64,000 bases of DNA, taken from the NCBI GenBank assembly GCA_964016885.1, contig OZ024762.1, positions 5,580,001 to 5,644,000 on the forward strand, in the 5' to 3' direction. The notes under the pieces are model-generated. The model saw nothing but the letters and a program-made list of their open reading frames with translations, was not told the origin of the DNA and made no database searches. The position numbers were made by a program, and so were the translations under genes. The DNA is from Eledone cirrhosa. Its lineage: Eukaryota. This document shows, one piece after another, positions 26,484 through 41,226 of the stretch. Positions within the stretch are counted from its first letter, which is position 1, and every line of letters starts with the position of its first letter.

Positions 26484-26864
26484 ATAGATATATACATACA
26501 AAAGATGAATTTCCATGTTGAGATATCTTGATTCAAGAAATGTATTATTGAATATATGTATCTTTTCCTGAAGTGTGTATACAATTTATTGGCGGATTCT
26601 ATATATACAAACAAAAGAGTAACCTTTCAGCAACCAATATACTTTATGAAACATTTCAGCAAATGGCCTTGGAGTGAAACGACTGGAGATCAGGAACTTC
26701 GAGACTGGTTGCATCCATAGGGTCCTTTCGCCCCCTAAGTATTCACTGACTATGGTTCAGCTGGCCGTAGAGGATCTTACAAGACGTTTACACCCTTAAA
26801 CTTGCCTCACCTACCAAATATTCTTCTGTCCTGTGTATACACAATTGATGGACAAATATACTTG

Positions 26865-26918
<54 letters not shown>

Positions 26919-27808
26919 CAAAACGACCCATGCTAGCGTGGTAGAAACTATGGGACATTGCCCAGGGTGTAGGAGATGCTATGTGAAGTATATGACCTAA
27001 AACTGCTTCTTTCACTCTCTAAGCTTATGATGACCAGGGCTTAGTTGGCCACAGGAGATACTATGGCACATACATACCCTAAGCCGAAGCAAAAAAAAAA
27101 CAACCTAACGTTTAAATAATTATTTCTAACATTATGGAGGGAAATATACAGAACATGTTTCAATAACTGATCAATCTAAAATTGGTAAAATCCAAGTGTT
27201 TAACGTTTTTTATTCACACACGTGTGCGAGAAATGAAGCTGCCGTGCTTCGTTGTGAAAGAAATGGAGAAGAAAAAAATACAACTGTAGCTATACATATT
27301 TTGTTTCTTAATAAAAAATAGGAAAGGTATTTTCCTGCATAGAGAAGGTTAATATATTTTTCGTAGTAGAAAGTAAATAGCTTTATATGTATGTCTCTAA
27401 AAAGAGAAGATAGTAAAACGTATTGTTGACAAGGTTTACAATGTCTTCAATAAAGAAAGATAGCTGATACACAGAATGTGTTTTATAGAGAAATTTGAGT
27501 TATAGTTCTTAGAAATCTATATAGTGTCGAGATGGCTTAGTTTTGTTTCTTTACAAGAAGTAACACTATTCGTATGAGTAGTTTTTTGGCTTAAAAGAAA
27601 TCGTGTGTCAGAAAGCCACGGTAAATAAAACATGTGTATATAGAAAAGGTTTAGTTTCATTACCTCGTTATAGGAAAACGATTTTCTTTCAAAGAACCGG
27701 AAGTGAATTGAAAGAAAAATAAAAAGAATTCCATAACGGGGAAGTAACTCTAAATAAACGGAGATAACTCAAATCAAATTTAGAGAGAAGGGGGTTAGAC
27801 GGATTCCT

Positions 27809-27962
27809 AACTCGGTCCAGGACATCAGGTTAGCATATAGCTAGCCTACAAATAAGGCCGCGTGCCACTGCAACGATTCGATCTTCAGACACATAGAATG
27901 GTCACGCCATACTTAAGTAGGCGACGAAGTCCGAACTGCTACGGGCATCGTCACGCGAAGCT
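27809..27962 (-). ncRNA. Putative novel structured RNA, copy 4 (most diverged)
   Basis: TATAAG at 27995-27990; conserved GTATGGCGTGACCA and GTGTCTGAAGATCGAATCGTTGC blocks; compensatory stems; no T4 end. Confidence 0.5.
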
Positions 27963-30049
27963 ACAATACTACTCAGTAAATTAGTCATACTTATATACAA
28001 AATTTTATTTATTTTGTCAAAAAAATATATATAGAAACGGAAAGAAAGTAAAGTAACACGCTTCAAAATATATTCCGTGTGTTATCTCATTCTCATTCCG
28101 TTTCTATAGATAAATTAATTTAGAAACTGCTAGTATTTTGTACATATATACAGAACAATTAATATGGAAATAAATATTCTTATTTCAAGATGCTATATCT
28201 CTCACCATACTTTGATGTAATTTCCGTCTACCAATGTGAGCCAAGGTGGCGCACTGAGGAATTTAATCTAGAGCCACATAGTTGTAACTCCTTAACCACA
28301 CTATTTCTAGATGATCGTTTCAAGTCTTCACCAGAACCTAACAATTTCTTTAAAACAATTTTGATCCCTAAAGAATAAAAATATAATCTTGGATGCTGGC
28401 AAACACAAACAGCCATTTTGTTCAATCTCACCACACAACTCCTTATAAGACCCTCCCCCCGCCCCCTCACATAACTCGCTACACACCACAAGGCACAAGG
28501 CCCCCTCCCCATTAGAAGACCACAATATTATATAAATTTAATTTCTTTAATCATCATTAAGAAACCATCATCATCACTATTTTACGTTTATTTTCCAAGC
28601 TTACATGGGTTTGACACGTTCTGGTCAGGTCTTAGCATAGTTTCTATGGCTCGATGCCCTTCCTAATGTCAACTACTTTACACTGTGTACAAGGAGCATT
28701 GTATCATGGCACAACCACCTTGCAGGGTAGACTGAGTGGTTCTTATTGTGATGACACCATTAATCAACCTACTTTGTTCAAATTTTACACTACGCTAGAT
28801 CTGATTAAAGTGGCTTTACATTTTGGATTTTTTGTTCAGGAACGGCGTGGCAGCCGTTTAAATATTCGAAAATACCACCTTTTCGCTCAAATTTCCGCCT
28901 TATCGTCTCTAGCTCCCACATTTTTCAACCGATTTCGTTCAAACTATAAAAACATGGTGAAATATGTAAAGGACATTTCCTGTAGGTTTTTAATTTCCTC
29001 TGATATTTTATCTTTTTCTTTGCCTACTTCTTCCTGAGAGGTTCATGACAGCAGAGTCCTCAAACATTCCTTCCAACATATCCTGTCAGAAGCAACCGCC
29101 TCAAACTGATCTGGGTGGATCCCCAAGGGGGACCAGCCAAGCTCATGGATATTATCTGACCATCTTGCTGAAATAACCCAGTGTGTTACTGGTACTTTAT
29201 TTTATTGACCCCATAAAGATAAAAGGTAAAACTAATCTTAGCGCGATTCAAGGATGAAATTTTTTTTTTTACTTACGCTTCTGTTTTATTTTAATACATA
29301 TAATTCTCAGTTTAGCAGATCGCTTGGCAAGACGAGATGAGTTTACAGACATCGTTTAAGAAATCCTAGCAACCCTCCTAAGAAGTATATTCTTATATAT
29401 ATAAAGTAAAAGTAGGATTTGACTCTTCAATCTAGTAATTATATTTACTGTCTCTCAAACCTTGTTGAGAAATAACAACACAGTGTAGATAAAGTAATCT
29501 GTGAATGATAAACAAGACAGGAAGAAAGAAATGTGTACAAAGTGATTGATGGTGATTGTTTATTGGTATAAACATAAATAACAACAATGAAATAAACAAT
29601 AGGACAAACAAGAAAGAACAGGCAAAATCAAACTTTTGTGTGTAACAGTTGTTCAAATATTTTGGTGCTACAAACTGAAATTATTATCAGATGAAAGTTT
29701 AATTTTGAATGAAGGTAAAAAGTGGATTTTTTTTTATGATGACATGTTTACTTCATGTTTTTTTTTAGTAATTATTGTCATGAAAGTAATTAATTAGAAA
29801 TTTATTTTACACATCAGATTAAAAACAAATAAAAAATTTGAAAAACATTTTTAACCCTTTTCTTTCCTTATTAAATGAAATTGTCCCTGCTTCTACGATA
29901 AAAAGTTGTTTTTTTTTCAATATTTTTATATTAAACCAGGTTTTTACGAATTTTACCATAATTCTACATAAGAACAAACACCTAATTAACAATGACAAAT
30001 AATTATCACATTACTAAGGCCCTCTTAATTCTTAATCACATTTATAATC

Positions 30050-30310
30050 ATACCTCAGAAATAGGACTCTATATTATACCTTAGAAATAGCAGTATAGAC
30101 ACTGACATACCCTTCAAAAAAGGACAGTAGAAATAGGACAATAGACAGTATCATGCCTGAGAAGTAGGACAGTGCCATACCTAGGAAATAGGACTATAGA
30201 CAGCATGATATGTTAGAAATAGGAATATAGACAGTGTCATACCTTAGAAATAGGACAATAGACAGTGTCATACCTTAGAAATAGGACAATAGACAGTGTC
30301 ATACCTTAGA
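30050..30310. repeat. ~31 bp minisatellite (ttagaaataggacaatagacagtgtcatacc)
   Basis: Tandem units, degenerate toward the left. Confidence 0.85.
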
Positions 30311-30964
30311 TAGAAAAGTTCAAATTATTATTTTTGTCTGTAATTACCTAAAATTTATACTCCAAACTCCAGCTTAATAATGGGAAAGACATATTAGTAA
30401 ATTCCTCTAAATCCTTGATCATTTTCAGAATTAGAAATATAACAAAAAAAAGTGTTAAAAAGATACATATATAAAAATAATCCATCATAATTTCAGGTAC
30501 AAATACACTTTTTTCCTAATCAGAAAGTTAATTATATTACTAAATCTCTCCAAATAATTATCATAGATATGGCCATTCATTAAAAATATGGGAACAAAAG
30601 GGTTAAAACAATTAATATAAAAATTAGAGTGATGTGGGAGGAGGGTTGTGGTGGTGTCTGGCTGACATAATTGTTTTTAAAGTGAAAAAAATTGTTTATT
30701 TGTAAACCTAGCAAACAGTTTATGGAGGTAAACTTCATTGAATTTTGTTAACAAAAAATAAATTGAAAAAAATAAACGTTTTCAAATCAACTAATTATTT
30801 TATACATTGAGTAATTATGAGAAAATATCTCTAATAGATTGAAAAAAAAAAATGGTAAAATTTGAAATATGAAGACTTTCTTTGCACAATATGTTTTTCT
30901 TTTATGATTTTTGTAAACTCAAATATTTACAATAAAGTTCAGATAACTCGATACATAACCCCAT

Positions 30965-32290
<1,326 letters not shown>

Positions 32291-32694
32291 GTATGTGACT
32301 TTGTGAGTGAAGAGATAATGAATTTTCTTAAAATATTTGTTTAAATCACTTTCAAATCATTAAAATTTTAGGGATCATTTTAAAGAATAAAGTATTGCTT
32401 CTCAAGGATTTCAAACAGAGCACCATTAGGGGCTGGAAGGAGCAAGGGTAAAAAACATCCCTTATTCCCTTAATTTGTTCTTCCTTCTCCTCTGCTTAAA
32501 GAGAGAAAATGGGAGGAGTGAAGAAGAGTTTTATAGAATTAAGGAATTACAGCAGAAAATGTGAATATAAGGGGATAAAAAAATATTGTTTGTCCCCTAA
32601 ACAGTGATTTTTATGTATATTGAGCAGACCTAAATACCTAAAAAATGTTTTTTTCACAGCCAAAATGTATCTAATTTGCATATATATATATGTT

Positions 32695-32726
<32 letters not shown>

Positions 32727-32745
32727 AATTTATGTCTGTGTGTGT

Positions 32746-32790
<45 letters not shown>

Positions 32791-33025
32791 TATATATATA
32801 TATATATAAAACACATTTACATATATAACATATATATAACATATATATATATATGAATATATAGTCAGGAGGCTGGACTCGAGAGATTTATGGCTTATGT
32901 TTGTTGAGTCCATGGATAGTTTCGTCTATTTTAGATGGATTTATGTTCAAGCCTGGATAGTAGATAGTTGACAATGTTAATTATAAATATATAAATACAT
33001 GCATATGCATATATATATATATATA

Positions 33026-33436
33026 TATTGTTATACTTTGGGAGGGTCATGTTGCCAATAAGAAACACACACACCAGTTGCTTTCACTCCAATTTATTAT
33101 AAATTTCCGGTTGGTTGGTTGGTTTCACAACCGGACGGTTGTTCATATATTGTTAAAGTTCTTTTGTCACACATTCTGTGAAGATGGCGTAGGACAGAAC
33201 AAAGGAGAGGTACAAAACAAAGAAAAGAATCCCCAGTCACTGAAGAGGTCACAGAATGTGTGACGAAAGAACTTTGACAATAGATGAACAACCGTCCGGT
33301 TGTGGAACCAACCAACCAACCAACCGGAAATTTATAAATTTTTAAATTTATAATATAATTTATAATAAATTGGAGTGAAAGCATCTGGTGCATGTGTTTC
33401 TTATTGGCAACATGACCCTCCCAAAGTATAACAATA
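33026..33436. mobile_element. Fold-back element (~150 bp inverted arms), Penelope-like
   Basis: Arms 33026-33180 and 33249-33436; hammerhead at junction. Confidence 0.7.
33236..33278 (+). ncRNA. Type I minimal hammerhead ribozyme
   Basis: gtca-CTGAAGA-g-gtcac..gtgac-GAAA-gaac-TT-tgac. Confidence 0.6.
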
Positions 33437-33667
33437 TCGGTTTCAACACACGTTTTCAAATAAAGAATCTTGCTAAACAAATTCAGAAACGAAATATATA
33501 TATATATATATACATACATATATATACATATATATGCCCAGCCTCCTCTATCTTTCGATTTCTTCTTAGATTTCTCATTCTATTTTCTGATGAAGGACTA
33601 GTGTCTGAAATGTTAAAACTCTTTTCTTACTATATCAAGGGTAAAGCTAATAACATATTTCTTATAA

Positions 33668-34030
33668 CGGCCACTACTTTATATCCATGTAGGAGAACCC
33701 CTACCGATGTGTTGAACGAGTGTGACTTTTTAGTCCAGCCAGCGACTTGAAAATTCTGGTACAAACACTACACCTGTGACAATTATTGACACATAGTGCT
33801 GGGCCCATGGTACCATGTGACGGCAAGTGCAGAGAGATCTCCAGATATAAAGCAATGCCTGTGCCGTGAAGCTTTTATAGTGAGCAAAGGCACTGCACAA
33901 AGCCAGTCCCACTCTCTTAACCAAGATGATATTTACCAAAAAGAAGAACAAGTCAACATCATTGGATACCATCAGGGTTGCAGGTGTTATATCAGTGTTC
34001 CTTCTCCTAGAATTCTGCCTTGACAAAGGG
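33668..34030 (+). mobile_element. Non-autonomous repeat, probably Penelope GIY-YIG 3' derived; copies at 49325-49690 (+) and ~59915-60190 (-)
   Basis: Near-identical copies; CLCREAFI..SLNQDD resembles the GIY-YIG C-terminal pattern. Confidence 0.6.
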
Positions 34031-34033
34031 TCA

Positions 34034-34069
<36 letters not shown>

Positions 34070-34304
34070 TATATATACATACATACATACATACATATAT
34101 ATATATACATGGAGGTGTATAGCTTAGTAGTTGACAATCATAAGGTTTTGAGTTTGAATCTCAGACTTGGATTCCCAGTGAGCAAAACACTTTATGTTCA
34201 TTCACTTCAATCAGCTGTTGAAATGAGATTGCAACACCCCACTGCTGCCAAGCTGTATGGCCATTATATATATATGTGTGTATATATATATATATATATC
34301 AAAA

Positions 34305-34675
34305 TAATTGTTTCTACTTTAGGCACAAGGCCAGCAATTACCCAGTGTATTACTGGTACTTTATGTTATCGACCCCGTAAGGATGAAAGGCAAAGTCAAC
34401 CTCGGCGAGATTTGAACTCAGATCGTAAAAGGACGTAACTATGCTGGAAAGCATGCCGTCCGACCCTCCACCGATACTGCCAATCCACCGCCCTAGCATG
34501 GCGTCTGACCCTCCACCGATACTGCCAATCCACTGCCCTAGCATGGCGTCCGACCCTCTACCGATACGGCCAATCCACCGCCCTAGCATGGCGTCCGACC
34601 GTCCACTGATACGGCCAATCCACCGCCCTAGCATGGCATCCAACCCTCCACCGATACTGCCAATCCACTGCCCTA
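34305..34675 (-). mobile_element. SINE family A with 5' head amplified as five 45 bp tandem units
   Basis: (gcatggcgtccgaccctccaccgatactgccaatccaccgcccta)x5 at ~34451-34675. Confidence 0.85.
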
Positions 34676-35161
34676 TATATCAAAATAATGCAATAAAGTT
34701 TCAACTTAATAGATTTTTTATTCACATACTCTCACATGTTTCACAACTGGACAGCTCAAAATGATTTGCTCACGAGATGCTAATATGACTGGTTCTGAGC
34801 TGTTCAATTGTGAATCATCTGTCATATAAGTGTGCAAAAATCTCTCTCTCTCTCTCATTTTTGATATATACACTCTGTGGTATCAACAGCACAACTGTTT
34901 ATAATGAATATCGAAATAACATAACTGCGTGCAGTGCAAAAGTCGGTAAATCCAGTAGTAATTATTTCTCAACAACCAAACTATATCATCATCATCATCA
35001 TCATCATAAACACCATCACCATCATTTAACATCTATTTTCCAAGCTTGAACAGATTGTCATATTATGAGGCTAGCCATGTCACATGACCACATATTGCTC
35101 ATATAGATCTGTGTACTGGGTGCATTTTTCTCATGAGACAACCACTGCCACTTTTAGGTGT

Positions 35162-35196
<35 letters not shown>

Positions 35197-35354
35197 ATTT
35201 GGTTTTGTGTGTTTATATATATATATATACACACACACATTATATCGTATCCATTCGATATCCACTGCCTTGACTGGTTGAAGACATTTTTAAGTCTCAC
35301 TAAAATAATAAGAGAAGGACCGAGAGGGATAAATATATATATATAAATATACAT

Positions 35355-35745
35355 GGAGGCACGTAGCTTAGTGGTTAGAGCATTGGCCTTGCAATCGAAA
35401 GGTTGTGAGTTCAATTCTCAGACCAGGTGATGTGTTGTTTCCTTGAGCAAGACACTTTATTTCACATTGCTCCAGTTTACTCAGCTGTAGAAATGAGATG
35501 ATAGGGACCCCAGTCCCTATCATTCCACTGCAAAGTGGTTGTGGAGGTGCCACGGCAAAAAAGCACCCAGCACTCACTGTAGAGTGGTCGTGGAGGTGCC
35601 ACGGCAAAAAAAGCACCCAGCACTCACTGTAAATGAGGTTGGTGTTAGGAAGGGCATCCAGCTGTAGAAATCAAGCCAGAATCAGTTCCCGTCCCACCCT
35701 TGCAAGCAGGGAAAAGCGGACGTAAAAAAAAAAAAAAAAAAAAAA
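35355..35745 (+). mobile_element. Full-length SINE family B
   Basis: TAGCTTAGTGG A-box, GAGTTCAATTC B-box, CORE-like block, RTE-type tail, poly(A). Confidence 0.88.
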
Positions 35746-36293
35746 ATGCATATGTATATTTCTGTATATAATATATATACATAATTCAAAGTATAAGATG
35801 TATATGTATATATATAGAGAAAGCCATATATTGTTACAGCTTTTCTACAGAGAAACATAATTATCATATATATTATATATCTTATGATACCTGAACTCAG
35901 TATATATACATATATTTCTGTGTACATATACATATATATATTTCTGTATACACATATATATATTATTATTATGTAATAAACAACATAAGGCAATTATTCC
36001 ATTTACCAGTGGTTTCTTAAAAGCAAAAGGTTTTGCTTTCAATCCTCAGAACGGAAAAATCCTGGTTTGTTTATTGAATTTGGATTATGTTGTTTATTAC
36101 ATAATAATAATAATTAAGCTCTGTTGCCTACATAGAGCACTCTTTTTTCCTGGACTTTTCCGATGGAATTACTTCATTTACACATATATATATATATATA
36201 TATATGAAAAATTATATTTAAAATTGTTGGGTTACAACGAGTAAATATTTATAACTGATATAAAAGCACTCGACAAATATTTGGAGTATATTT

Positions 36294-36547
36294 ACAATAT
36301 TAAATAAATGGAAACTATATTTATAAAACCATATTTATTTCATTATATATATTTCAGGGATATCATATTAACAATATGCTATGCCTTCCTCAGACAAAAT
36401 ACAATATAAACAGTTTTATCGAATCTATTTATCTATAAAACTGTTTATATTGTATTTTGTCTGAGGAAGGCATAGCATATTGTTAATATGATATCCCTGA
36501 AATAAATATGGTTTTATAAATATAGTTTCCATTTATTTAATATTGTA
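36294..36547. mobile_element. Fold-back element, Penelope-like
   Basis: Arms ~36294-36418 and ~36436-36547; right arm lacks 14 bp. Confidence 0.7.
36337..36400 (-). ncRNA. Type I minimal hammerhead ribozyme, apparently intact
   Basis: attttgt-CTGAGGA-agg..cct-GAAA-tatata-TA-atgaaat; 7 bp stem I. Confidence 0.7.
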
Positions 36548-36617
36548 TATATATATATATATATTGCTAATTCTTGAGTTGCTTATCTGTAAGAGTTGTG
36601 ACATCTCATTGATAAAC

Positions 36618-37577
36618 AGGTCTAAGCAGGTATGAGTAAGGTCTAAGCAGGTATGAGTAAGGTCTAAGCAGGGATGAGTAAGGTCTAAGCAGGTATGAGT
36701 AGGGTCTAAGCAGGTATGAGTAAGGTCTAAGCAGGTATGAGTAAGGTCTAAGCAGGTATGAGTAAGGTCTAAGCAGGGATGAGTAAGGTCTAAGCAGGTA
36801 TGAGTAAGGTCTAAGCAGGTATGAGTAAGGTCTAAGCAGGTATGAGTAAGGTCTAAGCAGGTGTGAGTAAGGTCTAAGCAGGTGTGAGTAAGGTCTAAGC
36901 AGGTATGAGTAAGGTCTAAGCAGGTATGAGTAAGGTCTAAGCAGGTATGAGTAAGGTCTAAGCAGGTATGAGTAAGGTCTAAGCAGGTGTGAGTAAGGTC
37001 TAAGCAGGTATGAGTAAGGTCTAAGCAGGTATGAGTAAGGTCTAAGCAGGTGTGAGTAAGGTCTAAGCAGGTGTGAGTAAGGTCTAAGCAGGTATGAGTA
37101 AGGTCTAAGCAGGTATGAGTAAGGTCTAAGCAGGTATGAGTAAGGTCTAAGCAGGTGTGAGTAAGGTCTAAGCAGGTATGAGTAAGGTCTAAGCAGGTAT
37201 GAGTAAGGTCTAAGCAGGTATGAGTAAGGTCTAAGCAGGTATGAGTAAGGTCTAAGCAGGTATGAGTAAGGTCTAAGCAGGTGTGAGTAAGGTCTAAGCA
37301 GGTGTGAGTAAGGTCTAAGCAGGTATGAGTAAGGTCTAAGCAGGTATGAGTAAGGTCTAAGCAGGTATGAGTAAGGTCTAAGCAGGTGTGAGTAAGGTCT
37401 AAGCAGGTATGAGTAAGGTCTAAGCAGGTATGAGTAAGGTCTAAGCAGGTATGAGTAAGGTCTAAGCAGGTATGAGTAAGGTCTAAGCAGGTATGAGTAA
37501 GGTCTAAGCAGGTATGAGTAAGGTCTAAGCAGGTATGAGTAAGGTCTAAGCAGGTATGAGTAAGGTCTAAGCAGGTA
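36618..37577. repeat. 21 bp minisatellite (ggtctaagcaggtatgagtaa)n
   Basis: About 45 highly homogeneous units. Confidence 0.97.
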
Positions 37578-37941
37578 TATCTATTCAGCATTATGGTGGG
37601 GATCAACAACAGAGTTTCTATGAATGAAAGAACATTAAGACTGATGTCACATAATCCTAATTATTGGTAACATCTGATGTCACACCAGTGCCGGTTGCTG
37701 TTGTAATGATCATATAGCAGCTACACAATGGTGTCACTGAATGTATAGGAGTTAAAAACTAAGGATATAAAATTAAAATCAAACTACTGCTATCTTCTCT
37801 TACCACCACATTTTGTGCAAGAAGGATGGAAGAAAATTTACTCCAACATTTGATTTTAATTTTAAATACTTAGTTTTTAACTCCTATTAATTCTTTTTAA
37901 TTTTTATTTCAATACTCAACATTTGATAAGATGGATTTTAA

Positions 37942-38128
37942 TAATTGTTTCTACTTTTGGCACAAGGCCAGCAATTATTCCAGTGTATTACTGGTACTTT
38001 ATTTTATCGACCCGTTAAGGATGAAAGGCAAAGTTAACCTCGGCGGGTCTTGAACTCAGTCCGTAAAGGGACGTAACTGTGCTGCAAAGCATGGCGTCCG
38101 ACCCTCTACCGATACTGCCAATCCACCA
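37942..38128 (-). mobile_element. Full-length SINE family A
   Basis: Complete head, B-box, core and tail on minus strand. Confidence 0.85.
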
Positions 38129-38341
38129 TCGAAACCAGTAATTCTTCATATACTTTATATACATTATAAAACTTTTTTTAAAAAAGAATTGTCCCTCTCA
38201 TTTTTTCAATAATTTTATCTTTTCAATAATGTCACTTTGACGAATCAAAAAAGAAAAACAGACCCTTAAATATATTTTCCGTGCTATTTCCAACTTCACC
38301 TTTTCTCTATGTCCACTGTTTTGTATAGAACCTTACATCCC

Positions 38342-38372
<31 letters not shown>

Positions 38373-38601
38373 GTATTTATTAAAATAACAGATTAAAGTT
38401 TAAACAAAGAATCGCTGCTTTCACCCATAACAGGATCTTCAGAAGATCTAGCTAAGGGTGAAAGCAGCGATTCTTTGCTTAAACTTTAATCTGTTATTTT
38501 AATAAATATTTACTCTATGGTTCTTATATATTTGATATATATTTATCCTTATCGAGCCCTCTTTGGATTTTAGTCTTCACATTTATTATTATTACTATTA
38601 T

Positions 38602-38649
<48 letters not shown>

Positions 38650-40001
38650 TTACACATATATATATATAATGAAGGAAGTGTGGTAAGGAACCAGGTGGAC
38701 CATAACGCACCAGAGTACTCAATACTTAGGGTAGGAGAGTGGGTAATAGGAAAAGAGTCAGGACCCCGACGGCTGAGCTCTGGCCGTTTCAACAGGTATT
38801 TCTGAAAGTTCAAAAATAGCTGTCGAAACGGCCGAAGCTCAGCCGTCGGGGTCCTCACTCTTTTCCTATATATATATATATATATATACATATATATATA
38901 GCTTTCACTGTATTTTTGACTAAAGGAAGTTTAGCCTGATAATGGGGTTTAGAACCCTCAGATAAATGGAAAAAGATGAGTATTGACGTCAATACTCATC
39001 TTTTTCTATTTATCTGAGGGTTCTAAACCCATTATCAGGCTAAACTTCCTTTAGTAAAAAAATACGGTGAAAGCTATTCTATTTTCTAATTTTAAACCTG
39101 CTCACTGTTTCAAAACATACTTACTTGATATATATATATATATATATATAAATATATAATTATATATATATAAATATATATATATATATTTATATATAAA
39201 TATATTTGTTTTGCAAGTTTTTGATATGAAATCGTGTGTTGAAACAATTATTGTTGTAATAATATTGCCAGAAATAAATAATAAAACGCACTCACTGTTT
39301 GGGTTGATTTTTGCTTCTGTATCTTTTATATCTCCATAGTATAATTTATTTGGCAATCAATGTTTATCATTGATTGACCAACAGTTAAAAATACAGATAT
39401 AAATATATATATGTATAGTCTATCAAAGTTCTTTTGTCACACATCTGTGACATCATCAGTGGTACTATTATGTATCCTCCCGTTGTATTGCCTACGCCAT
39501 TTTTTATTTATTTATTTATGCACCTCTCTAAGACAATGTCACTGGATCTTTGGCGCCACACAGTAATACAGAAGACCTGCTTTCCTACGTGCAAAGTTAA
39601 CCTACAGTCAGTAGGCCCCTCCAAACCAAACATACACCTCAATCCACTACCCCCACTCCATCCTCCCACTCCCGCCAACACCGCCTTTTCTCTATAAAGT
39701 TATGTTGGTACTACAACATCCAAGTCCAAACTAATGAGGTCGTGTAGGTGTCACGACAAAACAACACACAGTCCACGCTGTAATGTGGCCGTGTAGGCAA
39801 CACATTAAAAAGTTCCAGTTCCACACTGTAAATGTAGTTGGTGTTAGGAAGGGCAATCCAGCCATAGAAAACCTGCCAGACAGTCCTATATGAGCGAGAC
39901 AGGGTCACCCGACCAACCTTGCCTCAAGTGGGACAACTCCCGTCTAACCCATTCTAGCGTGGATGTATGGACGTTAAAGGATGATGATGATGATGACATA
40001 T

Positions 40002-40201
40002 NNNNNNNNNNNNNNNNNNNNNNNNNNNNNNNNNNNNNNNNNNNNNNNNNNNNNNNNNNNNNNNNNNNNNNNNNNNNNNNNNNNNNNNNNNNNNNNNNNN
40101 NNNNNNNNNNNNNNNNNNNNNNNNNNNNNNNNNNNNNNNNNNNNNNNNNNNNNNNNNNNNNNNNNNNNNNNNNNNNNNNNNNNNNNNNNNNNNNNNNNNN
40201 N
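40002..40201. other. Assembly gap (200 N)
   Basis: Run of n. Confidence 1.
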
Positions 40202-40873
40202 TGAAACCTGTTCATTCAACAATAATATGAAGTAAGGTGTGTATATATGTATGTGTATATATGCATGTATCTATCTCTCTCTCTATATATATATGTATAT
40301 ATATAACGAAGGAAATGTGGTAAGGAACCAGGTAGACCATAACGCACCAAAGTACTCAATACTTAGGGTAGTAGAGTGGGTAATAGGAACGAGTAGGACC
40401 CCGACGGCTGAGCTCAAGTCGTTTAGATGGCTAATTCTGTCCAGAATTAGGCGTCGAAACGGCTTGAGCTCAGCCGTCGGGGGTCCTACTCGTTCCTATG
40501 TATATATATATATAGAGAGAGAGAGAGATAGATAGATAGATAGATACATGCATATACACACATACATATATACACACCTTACTTCATATTATTGTTGAAT
40601 GAACAGGTTTCAATGATTATGAATATGACATTTAACAGTGCTACAATTTAATGGAGTAACAGGGTCAACAGGAGAAACAGGTTAACAAATCAAGAGGTCA
40701 ACAAGGTTAACAGATCAACAGAGTCAACAAGATTTACAGCTCAACAGGGGTAACAAATCAACAGGTCAATAGGGTCAGCAGGGGTTAACACATTCCCTGG
40801 GTTTAAAAGGGTTAACTGATTAATATATGAATGAGAGTAGGGAGGAAGAAAAATATTTTGGAACAATGGAAAC

Positions 40874-40931
<58 letters not shown>

Positions 40932-41164
40932 CTTGCACATATATCCTGTCATCTGCACTAAATGTGGCTTGATGTGTAAACCAGCAGCTTGAATAGAGAG
41001 CTATTTAAGGAATAATCATAAAATTGAACTGAGAAAACTGCGCGAGTATCGAGTGCTCAACTAGCAACCCGCCTACGCATTTTTCATGCAACAATACAAC
41101 TATATATATATGTATATATATACCCATGCTAGCGTGGAAGATGGATGTTAAACGAAGATGATGA

Positions 41165-41226
<62 letters not shown>

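Noticed and set aside
29851-30606. piggyBac-like MITE (TTAA-CCCTTT...AAAGGG-TTAA)
   Set aside because: Only ~7 bp of inverted match; AAAGGGTTAA is part of a tandem repeat unit seen elsewhere
35355-35430. tRNA gene
   Set aside because: A/B boxes belong to SINE heads continuous with core and tail; no cloverleaf
36533-37609. 358 aa (TCLDLTH)n ORF or CRISPR-like array
   Set aside because: Pure 21 bp tandem repeat, no spacers, no cas genes, eukaryotic context
40202-40612. Large palindrome adjoining the gap
   Set aside because: Outer arm starts exactly at the contig edge, so it may be an assembly artefact; only the inner hairpin, which recurs at 38746, is kept
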